NCBI GenBank assembly: GCA_951406725.2
Contig: OX597817.1
Coordinates: 116,374,001-116,438,000 of the forward strand
Direction of reading: 5' to 3'
From: Octopus vulgaris
Taxonomy: Eukaryota
DNA length: 64,000 nucleotides
Program-made: the position numbers and the translations under genes
The notes under the pieces: generated by a model
Database searches by the model: none
What the model was told of the DNA's origin: nothing
What the model saw: only the letters and a program-made list of their open reading frames with translations
Part shown: positions 1 through 12,003 of the stretch, one piece after another
Layout of the letters: each line of letters opens with the position of its first letter
Numbering within the stretch: the stretch's first letter is position 1

Positions 1-43
1 GTTTGAAACGGAACACGCGAATTGATATGTATAAGAACAATAT

Positions 44-521
44 GACAAGGTAGAAATCCAAAATAATTTTATCATGAAGAACAGTTTCAGCCTTTCCGAC
101 ATTTTCAACTTAGAGCAAAGCATGAAAAACAATTAAATTGGGAAAAAATTAAATCAAATGTTTAAAAACATACTTCCATAGTTTTCAAATACATGGGACA
201 TTTTCCTTTTTTCTGTCTGTCTGACTCTCTTTTTAACTTTTGTGAAGGCTTGGTAGCAGGTAGTAGGTAGTAGCAGTCCTAAAAGAATATTTGATATCAA
301 ATAGTCCAAGCCTTACAAGAATAAAAAATAGAGACAGATAGAAAAAAGGAAAATATCCCTTGTATTTGAAAAGTATGGAAATGCTTTAAAAATCATTGCA
401 TTTAATTTTTCCACAATTTAATTGTTTTTCTTACATTGCTCTAAGTTGAGATAGTCGGAAAGACAGAAACTGGTACTAAAATATTCTTCATTATAAAATG
501 ATTTTAGCATTTCCCACCGTC
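44..521. repeat. Imperfect foldback palindrome; arms ~44-253 and ~306-521, spacer ~50 bp
   Basis: Collinear reverse-complement matches, e.g. TTTCCGAC/GTCGGAAA, CAACTTAGAGCAA/TTGCTCTAAGTTG, AGGCTTGG/CCAAGCCT; followed by (TA)n. Confidence 0.85.
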
Positions 522-530
522 TGTTTTTTT

Positions 531-577
<47 letters not shown>

Positions 578-699
578 ATATACCAATTGAGTTCGAATGG
601 AAGCAGAAAAATCATCAGGATTTTAGAATGAAATATATCGATATTTCTATTGTTATTACATTAAAACTTTTAGATAAAGATAGTTTCATAATTGAGTTA

Positions 700-1270
700 A
701 AGCTACCATCAATCAGTAAACATATAAATCCAGCGAATGTTTACAATTTTGTTTAACATATGCAAATTTACTGATAGTACAAGTGGTCCTCTGTTATTCT
801 GTTCGATTCTGAAACGTTACAATTTGCGCCACAAAATTAAAACCGTCTTTGTTGTGTTGGGTGGTTTTCCTAAACTTCATAAATTTTACAGAGAAAAATA
901 GAATCAGAAATAAGTTCTGTAAATATTTGTAATATCAGTCTTTGTCGGGAGATAAAGTGGGAAAATGTTGTGATATGAAACAGCTAGAGAATACCGATTA
1001 GCATATGGTAAAGAAAACATATTGGTGTTTATGACAGATAAATTTAATCTGCGTACGTTCCAAGATATTTCTGACAATTGTAGCACGGTTGAAGACAAGA
1101 GGGATATGCATTGTAATGTTAAATACTGAAGTGTCGGTACTATATGTTATGTTATATTGTTATCTATGGTAGCTTAAGTGTTAGTGCTGTAAGTAGAAGC
1201 CTTGTGGAAAATTTCTTTGTTTCTTACCGATTAGATTAACTAGGCTTTAATGTATAAAACGGTGATATAT
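700..1270 (-). mobile_element. Possible highly decayed Penelope-like RT thumb/linker remnant
   Basis: Minus-strand NRYSLAVSYHN and a RKPPN-like segment loosely resemble PLE 'R.PLV.TYHP' and 'R.PPNL' motifs; multiple frame breaks. Confidence 0.3.
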
Positions 1271-2019
1271 ATGAGTAATAATATATAATAGTTTATATTG
1301 AATTTCGTTTAGGTTAAAGTTTTTGCATTTATTATTGCTTAATTCGAAAATGACATCAAGTAAATTTTATATATTAACTTTATTCTATATGTGAGGAGCT
1401 TTTTAAAATGCTTATTAAGGTTTTATCCGTAAATATGCTTTCATTATACCAGCTGGCATGGTGAGAAGCAGCTAAGTCATTATCCCGATATTATCAGATA
1501 TAATCTAAATAATCCATTGCACACTTATACAATATTGTCCAGTTAGCTAGTAAGCAGCAGCAATATCGAAGGCTTTTTCACTGATATCGATCAAATCTTA
1601 AGGATGAGATTTCTTTTAAAAAACATACTGAAACTTTATCAAATAGCAGAGAGAGTGATACAGGCGCGTAAAATGAATGCAATATTACTATTTATAAGAC
1701 TTAGCATTTAGCAAAATCTAGGACATTCATAAGTAAAGGTTTAGAGGAAGAAAAGATAAAAATTTTGCTTTCAGGAATCATGTCAAATTAAAGATGCGAT
1801 TATTGCGAATACTAATGAACTGAGAAACATCTGTTATTCCATTACTGAAATCTAAATTCGAACTAAATCTATTTCGTTTGTTTCGCGATTAATTAATCTT
1901 GTTTTTCGATTTAAAGGAGAATTCCCATTGTCACTTTTCAATTTACGATTTGCGTTTGACTAGATATTGTAGTTAACATGTGTATATTTTTTAACCGAAA
2001 TTTGAGTTAGCGATGTTTA

Positions 2020-3600
2020 TTATTATTGTCTTCTTGCAATTTTGGTTCCATTACTTGCCGAGTGTCTTCCAGATACTTAGGGCAAAGAAGCACATTGTAT
2101 ACATTGATAGGCGGTTAAAATAAACACAAAAGTGTGTTTATTTACAAACTCAGATACAGTTACGTACAAAAAATATTACACGGATGGTAATCGTTATTAC
2201 AGCGACGACGTACTTCTCGATACTTGTGACGTACCAGTTTTGCCGAAATATTAAGACTACAATACACAGACTACATTATTTTAGTTTTTAACCACAATAA
2301 CCGGTTTCTTACTTTGCTGCGTTCTGTCTGTATGTCCTGAGAAGTGTCAAAGAAACGTTATCTTTTCTATCTCAGTTATAACCTAAGTTGGTTCTTATGA
2401 TCCTTCTCCACAGATTTGATTTTATGATGATGACATGTTAAGCAGTGTATATATTGGCCAACTTTATCCTGTTTTAATTTATACTCTACTGGTATTTAAA
2501 CTTTACAGCCGCAGATTAATTGATTCACTTTTTCTATCTCATCATTGTAGAATCGGCTTTTTGGATCTACTCCATTCTTCATCACATTGGCTCGGTACTT
2601 CAGGGTCAATAAGCTAAGTGGGTTCGCTCTCTGTCTTTAGCCTTGACCTCCGTAGCCACTATTAGATGAGCTTCTGGTTAAAATGAGCATCTTTGTTTCT
2701 AGGTACATACTGGATATAAAGAGGATTTTGCTCCCACCTACCAGCCAATTATTCATGCGCATTTTTTGCTATTAACTTTACTCTTTTCACAACAACTGTT
2801 GCCACACTTCCTGAGAGAAATTCCGCCTGTGTATCAGTCATGAAATCTGTAGCAAATCGTTTGCTCTCCTTTAAGACAGAATGAAGCCGCTTACGTCTCT
2901 CGTGGCATTCAACGAGTTTTACGATCTAGTCGTTAGCTGTTTGAAGATATTTAGCCAGTGGAATTGTGGTGCTTGTGTATGAAATTTTATACTGGATCAG
3001 GCTACGATTTAATTGGGCTCTGAAAAGTTAAAGACGATGAACGTCTGCCTTTGGTCGGTGCTTCTTTTTATAATTAAGAACCGTACAGTATCTTTCTTTT
3101 AAGTTCCTTTTTGTTACTGATATCCTTATCTAACTCATTGACGCTATAACTAAGAATAAAAAAGGCAAAGCAGTTTACAGCTAACACATTGTTATGCATT
3201 TTTATTTCAGATTTCAGGACTGTTCAAACTCTTCTGTCGTATATACCTTCCTAATCTCTTTCATTCTTTCATACTGAACGCCAAAGTCTTCATCTACTCA
3301 TAGATTTTAATACTTTTGTTCCTGCTCAAATTCTTTAACAACTGTCAACATCCAAAAGACTAAATTTGAAGTTTTCAATTTCCATTTTTGGAAAGTGGTT
3401 CCTGGCACACTTATCAAGAGCAAACTCTATCCTGGTGTCATCACTGAATGATTTCACAGTACGTAATAAGCCTTCAAGCTCATTTGTTTTCATCATATTG
3501 TTTTAAGTCGCCCATGTAAAATAAATGTCCCATTTTCTTTTTGTCAATTTTATACAAGTACCCTGTTCAGTTAAATTCACTTGTAAGGATAATTAGAGCT
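2020..3600 (-). mobile_element. Decayed R4/Dong-type (RLE) non-LTR retrotransposon, RT-to-3' portion
   Basis: Minus-strand remnants: HLFYMGDLK (degenerate YMDD), FALDKCA, DKVGQYIH, all paralleling the better copy at 47787-51345; short (AAT)n tail at ~2020-2027. Confidence 0.75.
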
Positions 3601-3847
3601 TGACCTTCCTCTCGGTTGAACGAAGAAGGCCTCTTCCGCAGTGTCTGCTGTATACTGTCTTCACATGCATAGGTAGGCATATCCTAAATGACCAAAAGAT
3701 ACATACACGTTGTCTACGCTTGTCGGTTATGTAGATGTTGAAATATTGTACTGAAGTGTGGTTGCTACTGCATGCAATCACCTACGTGGATACACAAGTG
3801 GGATTTGGGAGTCATGTGGACACAAAAGATGCCGAACTACCCTTAAT

Positions 3848-3870
3848 TGTTATTATTATTGTTGTTGTTG

Positions 3871-3937
<67 letters not shown>

Positions 3938-3940
3938 TAC

Positions 3941-3998
<58 letters not shown>
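3848..3998. repeat. (TTA)n/(TTG)n microsatellite
   Basis: Directly visible. Confidence 0.97.
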
Positions 3999-3999
<1 letters not shown>

Positions 4000-4108
4000 C
4001 CATGACTGCCTGGAATTGAACTCGGAATCTTGGGGTTAGTAGCCCGCGCACTTAACTAGGGGTATATGGCGTAGTGGTTAAGGGCGCTGGTTACTAACCG
4101 CAAGATAT
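3999..4108. mobile_element. Head-to-head pair of tRNA-derived SINE heads
   Basis: Minus copy (GTTAAGTGCGCGGGCTACTAACCCCAAGATTCCGAGTTCAATTCC, B box) runs into (AAT)n; plus copy TGGCGTAGTGGTTAAGGGCGCTGGTTACTAACCGCAAGAT carries the A box. Confidence 0.75.
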
Positions 4109-6346
4109 TCTTAATGGTGTCATGTAATCCCTCGTAGAGTGTCATTGGTCATATATAGACCGGTTATTGATTACGGAGTTAATTGTAACCTGAGGCGATT
4201 AGTATCACCGACAAGTTATTACAAACACATCAATATGCGTGTAGGCATCTGTGTCTGCATAAGTCTGTCTGCTTGTTTGTCTGTCTGTATGTATATGCCA
4301 TTCATTGTCACAGAGATGAGAATCAGAGGACACTAGATTGGTTTTACACATATTTGTACAGAAGAAAATCGTTTAAACATTTTTCTTATTCGTGTCCAAC
4401 GTTAACCTTAAATAACCGAATAAATGCTAAGTCTTTGCGTTCTATCTGCCAATGTGTTTTCAAGAAAATGATATTTTCATCTGTAGATGTGATATAAAAT
4501 ATTTTCATATACTTTTTCTGACTAATTTTGCATTATCGGAAAAGAAACTTGTATGAACTGCAGCTAGTCTTCAGAACGATAGAAAGAACAAATAAAATTT
4601 CAACGAAGAACGAAGTGAATTGGTGGAATATTTTGTCAAAGAAGATAAGCATCATTTTATATGAAAAGAAAAACAGATATAATCATATTCCACCGACGCT
4701 ATTGCATAGATATAGTGAAGTGCACTCATACTCACAGAATAATAACTAAAATATTAAAGCGAAAGAAGTAAATAAATAAATAGATCAAATTATAGATGAC
4801 ATAAATAAATTATTAGATTGCTTCTGGTAATGCTCTTATGTAACTCATACACACCTATGCACATATTTCTACATAGACGCATACACAGATACGTACGCAC
4901 ATAAACACACGCGTATATATGTTATATATACACAGCGTGAATCAGAAGTCCCTCTAGTGATTACGTAATATATATTTTTTCAAACAATTTCACTTCCATA
5001 TATTTTTAATGCTGCCTTCACTATTTTGTGGTGTATATTTTTCAATATATGCGTTTTATATTTAGAAAAATATCATTATTAAAAGATGGGGAAATGATCA
5101 TTGACATGAAAGCGCTGCGATATAACGTATCTACTGTGCAATTCCAGAATTAAGAAAATAATAAAAACGGTAGAGATCTAAGCTATATTATCATTTACGA
5201 AATCTCCAAGAGATTTCAAGCTATATTTTCACTTGAAGATCTTAGAAGCTGCAAAAGACAGAACAATCTCAATAAAACACAGCTCTATATCTCAGTTGCC
5301 GTTTTATTTTTAGCAAAATCTCGGTAAGCTTTAAGGTTGAGGTCAATCTTACATACTCATTCAAATGTATATGTGATATCTACTATGTTTAATTCTAATG
5401 TTTTAGTTCATAAACAGATCCCATATTGGAATCAATCTTATGCTAATGCTTCATGGTATGAAGCAGATTATTCTTTAAAAAATTACATTTTAATGGATAA
5501 CCGAGAATATATCAATGTTATATCCATAATAACATGTTTAAGATCGGTTCCAATACATGTTGTTATAAGGAGACTCGTTACTTTTTTTCCGAAAAGGTAA
5601 AAGAATCCATTATATTCGAGGTCTCATGCAAAATATACTCAAAGAGATAAAATCGTATCAATTCGACCAAAAGACTAAGCCCATTGTAAAAGAGAAGCGG
5701 ATTATTCCTAAATCCATTTATTATGCATTGACCGCACATACATTGGTATGGACCTCACCTATATTCCGGTATGCTTATCCGAGATATATTAGTATACATA
5801 TATCGATCTATTCAGAGCTCTAAACCGAATCACACTTCACTATACTCATATCAATAGGAGTGCTCACAAAAGTATTTTTTCTCATGTAGTCATCAAAATT
5901 TATACCTACTTCTATTCATAAAGAATCATAATATATTTCGGAATGCTTAATTCCCATAATAGCTTCATATAACATAATTACCATAAGTAATAACGGCAGT
6001 TTTATAAATGCATATTTATAAGACTGACGTTACATACATTTATCCAATATCCCATTGGATAAAGGAATTTATGACCTTATTCGGTACACTGTCGAACCAT
6101 TCCAGCATAATAGAATAAATTCTAGAATAAATTTGCTTGACAGATGCGAAAGAGTTATTCTGATAATCTTAGTCAATAATTTATATAATATTATTTTACT
6201 ATCTTTACGAATATGATAGCGTAGTTTCAATTTTAATTAATTATAAATTATCGTAAACATATGATTGCTAAACCTTATATCAAGGATTAACGTGAAATTC
6301 GACGCAATGGGAAGTTGGTTAACAACTTCGATACTGCTCTGCTCTT

Positions 6347-6376
6347 AATAATAAATATAATGATAATAATTATAAC

Positions 6377-6439
<63 letters not shown>

Positions 6440-6441
6440 TA
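6347..6441. repeat. (AAT)n microsatellite
   Basis: Directly visible. Confidence 0.95.
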
Positions 6442-6879
6442 ACGGAATCCATAACATAACCAACCAAAAGTGAAACAACGGCGCGTGGATGATTATAAAT
6501 ACTATAAAATAGTTGATTTATAAGTTACACACACTACTACGCTATACCCCTCCAAAAGCATACAAGAATAAACTCATACTGTAAATACACAACAAAATGA
6601 ACAAAACCCACAACATGTGCCATAGACGGCTGATACCCGACAGAAGAACACAACCTGCGCTGCACAAACAACAGACAATATAAAAACTACTACAACAGAA
6701 GACTCAAACCAAACCCCATAAAAAAACGTATTGATATAATACAATATCGCCTTCCCCACACAAAAAATGCAGCACACCTCACCCCACCAGCACGTATGTG
6801 AAACAAATGATGCAATAGTGGCTTGAAACTTTCAGATGTCGAAAAATAATAATAATGATGACGATGTTGACGAACATTA

Positions 6880-7645
6880 CCTTACCTCAGTTTATGAGAG
6901 GCAGAGGTTTCCGAAGTTACTCTGATTGTAACAGGGAAAATGAACCTGGACCTTTCAGAGAAGGCCTCTTGCTCGGCAGTGGTTCAGTAAAGATGCAGAC
7001 TGAAAACAACTGATATCCTATTACAGAAGCTGCACTTGATAGAGCAAGGTGGAGGAAGTGGACCAGCGAAGAAAACAGCATAATGATAATGTGTAACCTA
7101 GAAAGCGAACCTAACAGAAGGGGCTATAGAAAATGGATGTTAAGACTTTGGGTAGAGAAGGGTATTTTAAAGTGACTGAGCAGAGATTAGTTGATCAAGC
7201 TAATAGTATTAGAAGAAGAAAGTGGATGACCGAATTGGAGGTAGAAGAGATCGCAAGAAAACTGGAAAAGAAAGACCAGGCAGTGGGAAAGACCAACAAC
7301 AACATAAGAGATACAGCTCAATCTAAAGAAGAAACTGAAGCAAAAAAAAATAACAAAAGCGCTACCAATAAAGAAGGGACAACTGGCGGCAACGACTTTG
7401 GGTGATTTAAGTGTGGAAGATCCGATTTTAGATAATTTGCAGGAAGTAATGAATATAGAAGTAAGAAAAAGATTGCCAGAATTAATAGGCACCAACAGAA
7501 GGAAGCTGCTACAAATGACCAGGAATGTGGATTCTATTATCTGTAGGATAGATACTAAAAATATAGGAGGCACTAATTTATTGATCTATGCAGGAGGGGT
7601 AGTAGTCACCAGAAGTTTAAATATCTCATAAGATCTGAGATAATA
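6880..7645 (+). mobile_element. N-terminal fragment of an R4/Dong-type LINE ORF (frameshifted)
   Basis: RKWTSEEN...EPNRRGYRK (Myb-like start), TEQRLVDQANSIRRRKWMTELEVEEI and TNLLIYAGGVVV, which parallels LNDLVYAAATAA in the 50518-51075 ORF. Confidence 0.75.
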
Positions 7646-7664
7646 ATAAAAATAGCAGTTTCTA

Positions 7665-7865
7665 ATTAAGGCACAAGCTAGCAAGTTTAAGAGAGAGAAT
7701 TTGATGATACAAACACTTCCATTAGTTGTCTGGTAAATTATTTTGTAGCCTTATGAGGGATGACAGGCAGAGTTGTGCCCCATAGGAATTAAATGTAGAA
7801 TCCCTACAATAATACCAGTGCATATTTTGACCGATGTTTTAGCGACTCTGAAACCTCGCCCACTT
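7665..7865 (-). mobile_element. Degenerate tRNA-derived SINE
   Basis: Diverged match to the SINE at 34911-35140 (GGATGACAGGCAGAGTTG, CCTCGCC end). Confidence 0.5.
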
Positions 7866-8029
7866 TAAAATAGTATATGAAATTTTGTGAAAAGCGTACG
7901 CACATAATTCCACTTCATATATAAGCTGTTAGCCGGAAGCATATGGCGAAGCCCAATAAGATATATGAAAGAAAATATGATCACATACTATATAAGGTTC
8001 GTTTAACTTTTATTTTACTGATGACACTG

Positions 8030-8197
<168 letters not shown>

Positions 8198-8251
8198 AGC
8201 AAGAATGCTAATTCTGAAATCTCTGCCAGAGATCAACTTAGTAGTTGTACT

Positions 8252-8870
8252 AACAAGTAATGTTTATAGCCACTTCCACATGGATGTCTTTTTGAAAGGA
8301 CTTTACTGCGATTTTTAAACCCCAAGGTGACATGTTCTCTAACTGGCTAACGATGCACAGCTGCATCCGATACATTGCAAACAGGGGAGCGAACCCTTAA
8401 CACATTCTAGCGACAGGACCAGTACACGGGATGTCCAGTACCGAAGAGAGGCAGTAATAGCCCGAAACCAGGCTGGTCTTTTCTGATCTAGGTACAAGGC
8501 CCGACATTTGGTGGGGAGGAGGCCAGTCGATTAGATCGACTTCAGTACGCAACAGGTACTAAATTTATCGACCCCGAAATGATGAAAGGCAAAGTCGACC
8601 TCGGCGGAATTTGAACTCAGAATTAAAAGACAGACGAAATTCCGCTAGGCATTACGCCCGGCATGCTAACGTTTTTGCCAACTTGCCTGGCTGTTCTGCT
8701 GGTCCCGTAGGTAGAAGGTGGTAAAGGCTCGCTCCCTTGCTCAGCAGGGTATCGAATGCAGCTATGCATCGTTAACCAGCTAGAGGAGATATCCTCTCGG
8801 GGCTAAAAAAAATCGCAGTAAAGTCCGTTCGAACGGACAGCCAAGTCAAATTGGCTACGAAACTTGCTTA
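8252..8870. repeat. Foldback element; arms ~8252-8422 and ~8698-8870, SINE in the spacer
   Basis: GGACTTTACTGCGATTTTT/AAAAATCGCAGTAAAGTCC, AACGATGCACAGCTGCATCCGATAC/GTATCGAATGCAGCTATGCATCGTT, GGGAGCGA/TCGCTCCC. Confidence 0.85.
8478..8688 (-). mobile_element. tRNA-derived SINE with Meta-domain-like core (octopus OR-type)
   Basis: B box GAGTTCAAATTCC followed by GTCGACTTTGCCTTTCATCATTTCGGGGTCGATAAATTTAGTACC; about a dozen related copies in the window. Confidence 0.85.
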
Positions 8871-8957
8871 TATATATACATACATACATACATACATACA
8901 TACATAAATACACACACACATATATATAATTTAAAGGTTAAAATACATGCATTAAAG

Positions 8958-9007
8958 CACCACTAATAATTTCAATATTGAGAGAACTCAAACATATTCT
9001 TCAGGTG
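8958..9007 (-). ncRNA. Degenerate type I hammerhead ribozyme motif
   Basis: cac-CTGAAGA-atat..tgag ttct ctca..atatt-GAAA-ttattag-tg-gtg; core and stem II present, stem III and the cleavage triplet (GUG) defective. Confidence 0.5.
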
Positions 9008-9174
9008 ACCTTTAAATGATAATATTTATCTCTCACTAGATGGAATACGTTTTTTTGTTGAATCACCTATCACGGTTCAGTACACTATATACACCGAATA
9101 TGGTCCATTCCATACCGAAATACTACTAGGTGAAATTTATTGATTTTATTCAATTAATTATATTTCACCTCCTA

Positions 9175-9209
<35 letters not shown>

Positions 9210-9279
9210 GTACGTACATATATGTGTATATATATATATGTATATGTGTATGTATAAATGCATGCATGCACGGATCAGT

Positions 9280-9341
<62 letters not shown>

Positions 9342-9741
9342 CATACGTACGTATATGTTTATATATATGTATATATGTATGTATAAATTCCTGCATGTAC
9401 GTATGTATGTTTGAATGTATACATGTATGCATATATGTATGTATGTTAGTTGCGAGAAGCAGAGATGAGAAACAAACTAAGTTTAGGTCAATACAAATAT
9501 TTCAAAAACAGTTCCAATTGTAAAGGCTAATAATGTGCCCTAGAAACATTTCAATGGACCTAACACGACACACACACACATGAACACGACACACACACAC
9601 ATGAACGCGCGCACACACACGGACGCACACACATATTCGTACATAGAAACATATATACATATATACATATATACATATGTAGATGCATTGATGCTAAGAA
9701 GAAAAATATTGGGAGAAAGAAACTTATTTACATATACACTC

Positions 9742-9781
<40 letters not shown>

Positions 9782-9805
9782 TTTATTTTAAGCAGCAGAA
9801 AATTC

Positions 9806-9859
9806 AACAAAATCTGTTACTCTGAGTTTCTCGTTGCCGTTCATCAGACAGTTTTTGCT
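9806..9859 (-). ncRNA. Minimal type I hammerhead ribozyme (left arm)
   Basis: Exact reverse complement of the 13625-13678 ribozyme. Confidence 0.85.
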
Positions 9860-10862
9860 AGAATGGAACATATATATTAATTCAATCTATACTCTTACAA
9901 ACGCTACATCTTTAAAAAGAAATGGACTTGTTTGATTGGCCCTTTAGAAAAAACGGTCAATCTTCGAGCGATAAACAAAAGGTCAAAAATATATGTATAT
10001 ATATATAAAAAAAACTTATAAAAATTATAAAATCCGAGGAAAAAACCGAGGAAAAAACCTATTGCCGTTAATGAAGACAGTACAAATTAATGCATAGAAA
10101 TTAAACCTGTTATAAATACTGCAATACATATTTATATTAAAATCCACATATATATATCAACATACACAAAAGGATGCGCGTAAACGCCATACATACATAT
10201 ACAGACGTATGAATATGAATCTAAATTATACACATAAAAGCATGTGTACATATATTCACGCAAACCGTCTCGCACGCAAGCTAAAATTCATCTATGTAGC
10301 AATTCTCATATACTGAGCAAGGAGGGGGAACGAAAGAAAGGGAAAGAGAGAAAAAGGAACGAAGGAGGGGTGGGGAAAAAACTTGTAGCGATATTATTGC
10401 CATCTATAGAGGCCAGTATACATACACAAGTTTGAATTGATACATATACATACCGTCGTGTGTATGCGTGCTTAAGCACAAGCATACTTTCACTTACACA
10501 TACACAGATACGCATGCTTACAAATATATATGCTTTGCTATATACAAACTTATATAAACATTCTAAATTTGACAACATTGCTTTTTTTTAAAAAAAACAT
10601 TGCTTTTAAAAAATGGGTGCATTAATAAAAATATATACGAAAGACATATAAAATAAAATATAACATCCTATTTCGGGTCATTTATAAATAATCAAGGTAA
10701 TATAAATAATCAAGGTAATCTTATGCAATACAATAACATGAAAACAAAGTTTGTAGGTTTTTCCTAATATATATGTAGAAACAATAAGACTTTGCTATAG
10801 GTCCGTCGTAGCGCTCAAAAGTCAAAATCAAAATCAAAAAATCAAAATACAAAATATATACT

Positions 10863-12002
10863 CTATCCATATGGTATATTTATATTCGACATTTTAAATT
10901 TAGCCGTGTGCCTACATAAGTTCATTAATTCACTTCTTTGATTCAAAGAATTATTGTCTTTGAATAATATGTGCATTTTTTCTAATAAGCAAAGCCTGCA
11001 CTTGAAATTATATTTGTAAGCTCCATGCCTGTATGGTGCCGCCCTGTTCAGAATGCTCCATGTCACGTTGAAAGGTGGGGCTTCCTTTTCTTTTAGTTCC
11101 CAGACATATTTTGCTAGGCTGGTTTTCTTTCTATTCTCTGGGTATTTAAAAGAATTCTTATGAGAATAAAATCTTGTTTTAAATGAATTTTCTGAAGCCC
11201 CTGTGTATGTCTTGTATTCCGATGAGCCTTCCACTTGCACCTTGGCTCTATAAACTACTCCTTTCACTAGACATTTCCCTTCTAACGGACAGGAGCTTTC
11301 GTTTTTGAAATTACATTTCTTAATGGGCTCGGCACCATGTCTAATCTCAATTAGCTTCCTATTATGTTGGCTAATGTAAGAGGCGAAATTTCTGCAACAA
11401 GAATAGCTAACCTTCAGGGTTCTTCTATTAAATATTCTGTAGAATTTATGACCCTGCCTAAAATGCTTAGAGACTAATCTCAAAAATTCCTTACCTATAT
11501 TAGTCTTTACGGCCAAATTGAAAGCCGGGTTGAACCACAAAACTTTCCTGGTCCTAGTTCTTCGTGCAGCATTATTATTAGCATTAAGCTGGTTGAACTG
11601 GATCTTCTCCGAGAATTCACTATTCTTTAATGCGCTATCGTAATAAGGTGCAGCATTATGGAATGCTGCCTCGTCCGAAGAAATTGAAGATATTCTTCTA
11701 CCTACATTGCTGACTAAGTTGCTAAGGATAACTGGTGGATGGTTCGAATCTTTGCTAATATACGATAGCTTTTCATTGGGCTTACGGAAAGGTTTAAATC
11801 TATCCGATCTTACATTAAAATTTACGTCTAAAAAATCTACACTATTCAGGTTAGTATCTATCGTAATCCGTAAGCCCATCCTTTGAAAGAAAGCTATAAG
11901 GTCCTTCCTAAGTCTATCTGATTCATGGCCGTTTAGATTATGCGTGGCTATAAGGCCGTCATCCCTATATAGACCTGCATCTATAAATGGGAATTCTATT
12001 TT
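10863..12002 (-). CDS. Penelope-like RT (C-terminal half) plus GIY-YIG endonuclease, 5'-truncated
   Basis: Frame is open upstream of the tracked ATG at 11879: KIEFPFIDAGLYRDDGL (YRDD at 11958-11969), then DFLDV, YISKDSNHPP, CNFKNESSCPLEGKC linker, VVY...YTG...R..H and C-terminal CRLC/CRH. Confidence 0.9.
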   Translation of the reverse strand, partial: KIEFPFIDAGLYRDDGLIATHNLNGHESDRLRKDLIAFFQRMGLRITIDTNLNSVDFLDVNFNVRSDRFKPFRKPNEKLSYISKDSNHPPVILSNLVSNVGRRISSISSDEAAFHNAAPYYDSALKNSEFSEKIQFNQLNANNNAARRTRTRKVLWFNPAFNLAVKTNIGKEFLRLVSKHFRQGHKFYRIFNRRTLKVSYSCCRNFASYISQHNRKLIEIRHGAEPIKKCNFKNESSCPLEGKCLVKGVVYRAKVQVEGSSEYKTYTGASENSFKTRFYSHKNSFKYPENRKKTSLAKYVWELKEKEAPPFNVTWSILNRAAPYRHGAYKYNFKCRLCLLEKMHILFKDNNSLNQRSELMNLCRHTAKFKMSNINIPYG

Positions 12003-12003
12003 T

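Noticed and set aside
4062-4108. Functional tRNA gene
   Set aside because: Truncated before the T arm, with no acceptor stem; it is a SINE head.
10863-12002. Selenoprotein-type (Naiad-like) PLE
   Set aside because: No in-frame TGA in the retained ORF; the stop is TAG.
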